Assembly (NCBI GenBank): GCA_963826655.1
Contig: CAWGZP010000186.1
Location: 1,078 to 65,077 of the forward strand
Direction: 5' to 3'
Source: an uncultured delta proteobacterium
GTDB taxonomy: Bacteria > Desulfobacterota > Syntrophobacteria > Syntrophobacterales > Syntrophobacteraceae
Length of the DNA stretch: 64,000 nt
This document shows, piece after piece, positions 56,945 to 64,000 of this stretch. Every line of letters begins with the position of its first letter. Positions within the stretch are counted from its first letter, which is position 1. The translations under genes and the position numbers were made by a program. The notes under the pieces were generated by a model. The model ran no database searches and was not told the origin of the DNA. It worked only from the letters and a program-made list of their open reading frames with translations.

Positions 56945-58035
56945 AAATCGATATCGCCGTTGATGGGACCCGACCTTATACTTCAGAGGTCTTCCTGGGG
57001 GAAGAGGTGATGGAGACCGTTGCGGGCGGTCTCGAGGGCGCCTTGGGTGAACGTTCCGCCTACTGGATATGGGACGAAACCGTATGGTCGTTCTGGGGCC
57101 GCAAGGCGCACGATCTCGGATGGCCCACACAGAAGGACCCCCGGGTTATCCTGTTTACAGCATCGGAGCCCAACAAGCGGCTCTCCGCGGTCGAGTTCCT
57201 GGCAAGGCAGCTCGTAAACGCCGGGGCCAATCGCGACAGCGCACTGATTGCGGTCGGCGGTGGCGTAACCGGGGACGTGACCGGTTTTATCGCTTCTATT
57301 TACATGCGCGGGATCCCTCACTTCCAGGTGCCCACCTCCCTTCTTGCCCAGGTGGACAGCAGCATCGGCGGGAAGACGGGAGTCGATTTGCCGGAAGGCA
57401 AGAACTTGCTTGGAACTTTTCAGCAGCCACGGCATGTCTACATAGATCCGCGCTTTCTCTCCACTTTGCCCGACGAGGAATTGAGGCAGGGAATGGCGGA
57501 AGTGATAAAATCGGCGATGATCGGAGATGAAGTACTATGGAAATTTGTGGAAAACAACCCGGGCGCTATTAAAAAGCGGGATCCCGAGGCACTGCTCAGA
57601 ATTATTTCTGCAAGCTGCCTGCTCAAGTCGCGAATTGTGCAGGCCGATGAAAGAGAAGCGGGCCGCAGGCGTGTATTGAACCTGGGTCACACGGTCGGCC
57701 ATGCCCTGGAGAAACTGACCGGTTTCAGGCTGAGACACGGTGACTGCGTTGCCACCGGCATGGTCGCAGCGGCGACCTTTTCACATCGGTTGGGAAAGAT
57801 GCAGGGCGGGGAACTCAAGCGATTGGAAAGCTTGTGTGAAACCTGGGGAATGCCAGTGCGGATTCCGGCCTCGATTGAATCTCAGGCCATTATCGATGCG
57901 ATCCGGACCGACAAGAAGCGCATTGGTGAAAAGCTCCATTTCATACTGCCGGTGCGTATAGGTAAAGTTATCGAATTTACAGAGATTGATAATGGAGAAT
58001 TCATCAAGGTCCTGAAGGATCTTGGGGCCGGGTGA
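56941..58035 (+). CDS. aroB: 3-dehydroquinate synthase
   Basis: 'LIAVGGGVTGDVTGFIAS', 'QVPTSLLAQVDSSIGGKTGV' and 'LNLGHTVGHALE'. Confidence 0.9.
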   Translation: MKIDIAVDGTRPYTSEVFLGEEVMETVAGGLEGALGERSAYWIWDETVWSFWGRKAHDLGWPTQKDPRVILFTASEPNKRLSAVEFLARQLVNAGANRDSALIAVGGGVTGDVTGFIASIYMRGIPHFQVPTSLLAQVDSSIGGKTGVDLPEGKNLLGTFQQPRHVYIDPRFLSTLPDEELRQGMAEVIKSAMIGDEVLWKFVENNPGAIKKRDPEALLRIISASCLLKSRIVQADEREAGRRRVLNLGHTVGHALEKLTGFRLRHGDCVATGMVAAATFSHRLGKMQGGELKRLESLCETWGMPVRIPASIESQAIIDAIRTDKKRIGEKLHFILPVRIGKVIEFTEIDNGEFIKVLKDLGAG

Positions 58036-58037
58036 TA

Positions 58038-58090
58038 GCGGAGAACACAGGCGCAACAAAAGGCGCGTCGAGACGCGGAGGAAGCAACGG
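58038..58090. repeat. Another copy of the periodic repeat family
   Basis: gcggagaacacaggcgcaacaaaaggcgcgtcgagacgcggaggaagcaacgg. It shares gagacgcggagg with the 39.98-kb copy. Confidence 0.6.
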
Positions 58091-58102
58091 TTCATAATAC
58101 TT

Positions 58103-58146
58103 GGGCTGTGGGCAGAAAAAGAGTTTCCCGCTCACAGCCCGCTGTT

Positions 58147-58149
<3 letters not shown>
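58103..58149 (+). terminator. Hairpin plus U-rich tail after aroB
   Basis: gggctgtg (58103-58110) pairs with cacagccc (58133-58140) and is followed by gctgtttta. Confidence 0.5.
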
Positions 58150-59178
<1,029 letters not shown>

Positions 59179-59295
59179 TTGATCACCCCCCTTCCGATTA
59201 TAATATGTGGGTAAAAGCAATAAAATGCCAGTTCCAGGAGGGAATCTTTTATGGTAAAGGTTTAGACAGACAATGAAAGATCCGGCCTGACCAGG

Positions 59296-59775
59296 CTATC
59301 TCAACAACTCGAAAATGGACTGCTCGACTTCGTCTTCCGTGACTTCCTGCACTATCGAGAGTTCCTTGAGAAGCAGCGTCCTTGCTGTGTCAAGCATCTT
59401 TCTTTCGCCGAAGGAAAGTTCCTTATCCCCTTTGAGGACGGTCAGATCGCGGAGCACCTCGGCAAGTTCGTAAATGGAGCCGGTTTTGATCTTCTCCATG
59501 TATTCGCGGTAGCGCCGGTTCCAAGTACCTCCGTTGACGGAGACTTCCCTTCTCAGAAGGATATCGAAGACCCGGGGTATATCGGTCTGCGTGATCAAGC
59601 CTCGCAAGCCAACCGATTGAGCGTTTGGAACGGGGATCATGATTTTCATATCATTTTCAAGGATACGCATGATATAGAAATCCTGGCGTTTTCCACCAAT
59701 ACTTTTGGATTCGATTGACTCGATTTTCCCAACACCATGAGCTGGGTACACGGCCAGATCGCCAATTTTGAACAT
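59296..59775 (-). CDS. carD: CarD-family transcriptional regulator
   Basis: 'MFKIGDLAVYPAHGVGKIESIE...FYIMRILENDMKIMIPV' and 'WNRRYREYMEKIKTGSIYELAEVLRDL'. Confidence 0.85.
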   Translation of the reverse strand: MFKIGDLAVYPAHGVGKIESIESKSIGGKRQDFYIMRILENDMKIMIPVPNAQSVGLRGLITQTDIPRVFDILLRREVSVNGGTWNRRYREYMEKIKTGSIYELAEVLRDLTVLKGDKELSFGERKMLDTARTLLLKELSIVQEVTEDEVEQSIFELLR

Positions 59776-60129
59776 AGAACCTCCACAGTTCGGAAAAAAA
59801 GGCCAAGAAAGGCAGCGACCTAATTTTACCATTTCCGGCGGAATTTGCAAAGAGTTAATCTCGTTGAGGGGGGTTGAGCGAATAAGCACCGATCTTTGAA
59901 AGGCATCGATCCCGGAGAGCACCGATACAGTAAAAGGCGCAGAGCAACCGCAGTTACGATTCGACAGTGAAGCCTCAGGGAAAGCACAACCGGCGTCTAC
60001 ATGCATCTGCCGGTTTAGCGCCCTCCCTGAGCTTTCACTAAAAGCTTAAATGATTATACACCATCCGGGGCAAATAATACAGTCTTTAAAGAGCAGTGGC
60101 TCCGCGATGGCGGCGGTCCGACCGGAGAG

Positions 60130-62810
60130 TCATTCAGGTAGACGAGGCTCCTCCGTGGGCGCGCCCTGCGGTTCCACAGGCGATGGAGGCTGCGGTTGCG
60201 CCGGCTGTTGCAACAGAGGTGCGAACCGTTTGTCCACGCGCTCGACTTGCGCCTTTGTCCTTTGCTGGAGCAGAGCATAGGCTTCTTCAAGCGACTTTGC
60301 CATGACTACGATTTGCCCATGGCTCACAATCAGACGCTTTAGTTCCGGAATTTTGAGCTGAGTCGATGCCTTGAGATAAACGGGCTGAATGTAGAGTATT
60401 ACCTTGCCGACCGGCAGAATTATCATCTTGCCCCTGTCCACCTCGGAGCCCGCCTGGTCCCAGAGCGTAAACTGCTCGGATATCGTGGTGTCCTGGTTTA
60501 TGAGGGCGTAAATCTGTGAGGGGCCGTAGACGAGTTCTCCCTTCGGAAAATTATAAACGATGATCTTCCCGTAATAGGGGCGGTCGCAGCCGACCAGTGT
60601 CAGAGACCGGAGATTATCCCTCCCGCTCGGTCTCATGGGCAGGAGTTGCAAAAAGTCGAACCTCTCTTTGGTTATCAGGTCGAGTGTCAGGTAATAAGGC
60701 CTGATCTCCGAGGGTTCCTTGCCCGTGTATGTTTTTGAGAACTCCCAGGCGTCCTCCTGCTGATAGAAAACATCGGGGTCGGTCTGGTGATATTTGGCGT
60801 AGATCCCCATCTGGATATGAAAAATATCCCGCGGATAGCGCACGTGCGGTTCCAAATCACCGGGCATCTGCGCTGCGTCCTTGAACAGGCCGGGGTAGAT
60901 CCGGCTATAAGCTCTTATGATGGGGTCCTGAGGATCGAAAATATAATAATCGACACTTCCATCATAGGCATCCACTACGATCTTAACGGAATTTCGGATG
61001 TAGTTGACTTCCCCGGCTTTCGTCATGAAAGGCGTAGATATCGGGTATTTGTCGGAGGCCGTGTAGGCATCCTGAATCCAGTAGAGTTTATTCTTTGTGA
61101 CTACCAGGTATGGATCGCCGTCAAGCATAAGATACGGCGTCAGTGCCTGAATCCTGTCGGTCAGGTTGTGACGAAAGATTATCTTGGACTCGGGAACCAG
61201 CTTGGTTGTGAAAAAGATATTCCTGTCCTTGAAATAAACCGAAAAAATGAATCTTTTGAAAAGCGAATAGAGCGGCACTCCCCCCTTGCCGGCGTATGAA
61301 GTAAGGACATTGGCCGGCCCCTTGGGGTAGTCTATTTCGCCGGAGCCGTTAGGTGCGATTGAATAGGTCGCCTCATTTTGCCCGAAATAGATGCCCGGCT
61401 GCTCGATTGTGAATCCATACTCCGACTCGGGCGGGATACCCCGCAGGAACCAGACCATGGGTTCGTCGCCCCCCTGGCTCGCCGGGGTCATGACAGCCCC
61501 AAACCCGTGAGTATAGGAAAGGTGTTCGTTTATCCAGTTCCGGGCGCCTTCGGGAAACTGCGACTGATTGAGTTCGCGCGCGGAAAGGAAAACCTGCTGA
61601 TAGAGGTCGTTTACGGTATACCGGTCAACATTTACGCTCGGGAAATCATAGTAGGTCCGGAGTTCCTGGAGTTTGCTTATAAACATCATCGAGCATTTCG
61701 CCGTCCCAGACCGGAGATGTTCCTCAGAATCGCCTGGACGTCGGGTACGATATGTCCATAGGAACACGTTCGGGTGAGAAGTCGCGGATTTCCACATCGT
61801 CGAGCCGGTAGGCTGAAAGGGTCGATTTGATATTGTCCTAGATAGTAGGGTCGCTCTCTTGAACTCTCGTTGGGCTTAACGATGTATTTTTCCAGTAACT
61901 GCGGAAGAAAATCCGAGTACCGTACGCCCAGGACAAGAACGAACACGATGGCGAACCCGGCACAGACCCTGATTCCCTTATACGTATTGATAAGGTAGAG
62001 GAGTGAAAAAGCGGTCCCGGCCAGCAGGATGAGACAAAGCCAGATCAGGCCCCAGGTGAGTGTCATTTCGACGTAGCCCGGCCCGTAGAAAAGCGGCAGG
62101 TGACTCGTGGAGTAGAGAAGGCCGTAGCGCTCGAGGGCGAACTCCCATATTCCGATAAGAAACACGAGAATGACCAGCATGTTCAGGTGGACCCTGGCCC
62201 CGGCCGGGAGCCGTTTTTCCTCTCTAGCAAGAAATCGCCTCTCCATCAGGTACAGGAGCAGGATGCAGGCCAAAAGAACAGCAGAGGCAAGAAGCAGGCG
62301 GCGCTGAATAAGCGTATATATCGGGTAGGCGAAAAGATAATAGGAGATGTCCTTCCCATACACCGGATCCGGCGTCCCTGTGCCTGGAGAGAAAATGTAG
62401 AGCAGGAAGTCCTCCCAGCGCTGGTAAAGGGGCAGGGCGATCACCACTGAAAGAATGATGGAAAGCGGTGTATAGACCCACATCGAACCCGTACGAAATG
62501 CATTGAGTAAATGCCGGTATGATTTGCGAGATGCCTCGGTCGCGGTATCTGCGGGCACGGTAGCGCCAAGAAAGCGGGAGGCCACCCAGAAGTTCAAAAA
62601 GAATATCAAAAAGAAAACTATCGAGACCGCACCGAAAACAGCATAGCTGTAAAGCGCCCGCTGCCAGTAATAGGATTCGTAGCCGACTGAATTGAACCAC
62701 CAGATTTCGACCAGAAAGTGTGAAAAAAAGAAGCCTAGAGTGAGAATGATACCGGCAAGAACAATAATCGAAACAACGGAGGCAAAGAGCCATCGTTTCC
62801 AGTGGAACAT
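60130..62810 (-). pseudogene. UPF0182-family membrane protein, interrupted by about four frame changes at 61.67-61.84 kb
   Basis: The N-terminal ORF is polytopic ('VEIWWFNSVGY'). The C-terminal ORF has 'LQELRTYYDFPSVNVDRY'. The linking sequence 'DNIKSTLSAYRLDDVEIRDFSPERVPMDISYP', 'DVQAILRN' and 'SPVWDGEMLDDVYKQ' is readable only by switching frames. Confidence 0.65.
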
Positions 62811-62934
62811 TACACCCTCCTCGATTGCGGGTTAGCGGGGAACCGCTCGAACAAGTTTAATCATTCGGAGGATAATCGCTGCAAGGCAGTTTTCAGTTTT
62901 TAGCTTTTATCTATCAGTTTTTATATATAAGTTG

Positions 62935-62999
62935 CCATCCTCACGCATGCGTGAGGATGGGCTCGTAATGAAAGAGGCGGCAATCACTTGCCGCCTCTT
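62935..62999 (-). terminator. Two tandem hairpins downstream of mdh
   Basis: A perfect palindrome ccatcctcacgcatgcgtgaggatgg (62935-62960), plus aagaggcgg...ccgcctctt (62972-62999). AT-rich flanks. Confidence 0.4.
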
Positions 63000-63063
63000 G
63001 TTTTATGAGACATCCATTAAGGCATTTGAGCCCTTAGCGGACTTCAAAGCACACATGGTTTCC

Positions 63064-64000
63064 CTAGTGTTTGCACGAACACGAAGGAGTTGCGAGCATC
63101 TCCTTGACGCCTGCCTGTTCTTCCAGCAGTTCCTTCAGTGTGAAGTCCATCTTTTCGCGCGAGAACGTGTCGATTTCGAGCCCTTTGACCCTATGGTACT
63201 CACCGGGCGTACAGGTAACCGGCACACCGTACATAACGCCATCGGGGATTCCGTAGGAGCCGTCGGAAACCAGGCCCATCGTCACCCATTTGCCATCGGT
63301 GCCAAGCGCCCAGTCGCGCATGTGCGAGATTGCGGCGTTAGCGGCCGAAGCTGCGGAGGATAGGCCGCGGGCTTCGATGATCACGGCGCCGCGCTTTGCG
63401 ACTTTGGAAATGTATTCGTTTTTGTACCAGTTTTCATCAACAAGCTTGGAAGCGGGCTGCCCGTCGACGGTAGCAAAGCGGATGTCAGGGTACATGGTGG
63501 TTGAATGATTGCCCCATACTATCAGCTTTTCAATTGAGTCGACCGGCTTGCCTACTTTGTTGGCGAGCATGGATTTGGAGCGGTTGTGGTCGAGGCGCAA
63601 CATGGCTGTAAAATTAGCCCTCGGCAGGTCCGGAGCCGAACTCATGGCGATCCATGAATTTGTGTTGGCGGGGTTTCCGACCACGATTACATGGATGTCG
63701 CGCGAGGCTACTTCATTCATAGCCTTGCCCTGCTCGATGAATATCTTTGCGTTCGCCATCAGCAAGTCTTTGCGCTCCATGCCGGGGCCGCGGGGCCTCG
63801 CACCAACCAGAAGTGCGTAGTCCGAATCTTTGAAAGCGACATTGGGGTCGCCCGTGCCGACCATACCGGCGAGCAGCGGGAAAGCGCAGTCTTCGAGCTC
63901 CATCATGACGCCTTTTAACGCCTGTTGGGGCTTCTCCATAGGGAGTTCCAGCATCTGCAAAATGACAGGCTGGTCCTTACCGAGCATTTCGCCACTGGCA
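63064..64000 (-). CDS. mdh: Malate dehydrogenase (N-terminus beyond the window)
   Basis: '[12 protein letters not shown]', '[18 protein letters not shown]', 'VVGNPANTN' and '[12 protein letters not shown]'. The frame is open to the window edge. Confidence 0.85.
   Translation of the reverse strand, partial: ASGEMLGKDQPVILQMLELPMEKPQQALKGVMMELEDCAFPLLAGMVGTGDPNVAFKDSDYALLVGARPRGPGMERKDLLMANAKIFIEQGKAMNEVASRDIHVIVVGNPANTNSWIAMSSAPDLPRANFTAMLRLDHNRSKSMLANKVGKPVDSIEKLIVWGNHSTTMYPDIRFATVDGQPASKLVDENWYKNEYISKVAKRGAVIIEARGLSSAASAANAAISHMRDWALGTDGKWVTMGLVSDGSYGIPDGVMYGVPVTCTPGEYHRVKGLEIDTFSREKMDFTLKELLEEQAGVKEMLATPSCSCKH

Overview
This is a 64-kb chromosomal window of about 55% GC. The gene content looks like an anaerobic, flagellated deltaproteobacterium-type genome (Desulfobacterota / Syntrophia-like); that placement is inference from gene content only.

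Most of the window is ordinary core metabolism:
- the end of a flagellar cluster, with a FliK-like ruler gene, a lysozyme-like protein and an L,D-transpeptidase
- fatty-acid beta-oxidation (FadB/J-type enzyme plus thiolase)
- remA-gmk-rlmB and yggS
- a TPP-riboswitch-controlled thiG-thiH-thiS operon
- an AraC-linked flavodoxin / aldo-keto-reductase / cupin / ADH / CMD cluster
- orphan 2-oxoacid:ferredoxin oxidoreductase gamma and delta subunits
- a CheB-CheR-PAS fusion plus a HisKA_3 kinase
- an MBL hydrolase, inositol-3-phosphate synthase, a DUF4445 ferredoxin protein, alr and panC
- feoAB, aroB, a PIN/TRAM protein, carD, a UPF0182 protein and mdh

The accessory or unusual parts are:
1. A graveyard of three decayed toxin-antitoxin-like pairs at 29.4-31.1 kb.
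2. A 1,065-aa uncharacterised multi-pass membrane protein, apparently co-transcribed with alr and the DUF4445 protein.
3. A decayed integrative island at 41.1-44.9 kb. It carries an inactivated tyrosine-recombinase remnant, a HigB/HigA-like pair, an AT-rich orphan cassette and an IS5-type transposase stub.
4. A candidate c-di-GMP-I (GEMM-I)-like riboswitch in front of a secreted VPLPA/PEP-CTERM protein and an acid-sphingomyelinase-like phosphoesterase.
5. A divergent, entirely extracytoplasmic module made of an exported caspase-PEGA-FGE protein, an exported DUF4384 protein and a CHASE2 class III adenylate cyclase. I consider this the best candidate for an undescribed signalling system.
6. A dispersed family of short periodic intergenic repeats.

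No rRNA, tRNA or CRISPR array was found.

Caveat: at least eight conserved genes are broken by 1-nt frame changes, mostly at short homopolymers. Apparent pseudogenes may therefore be assembly indels.
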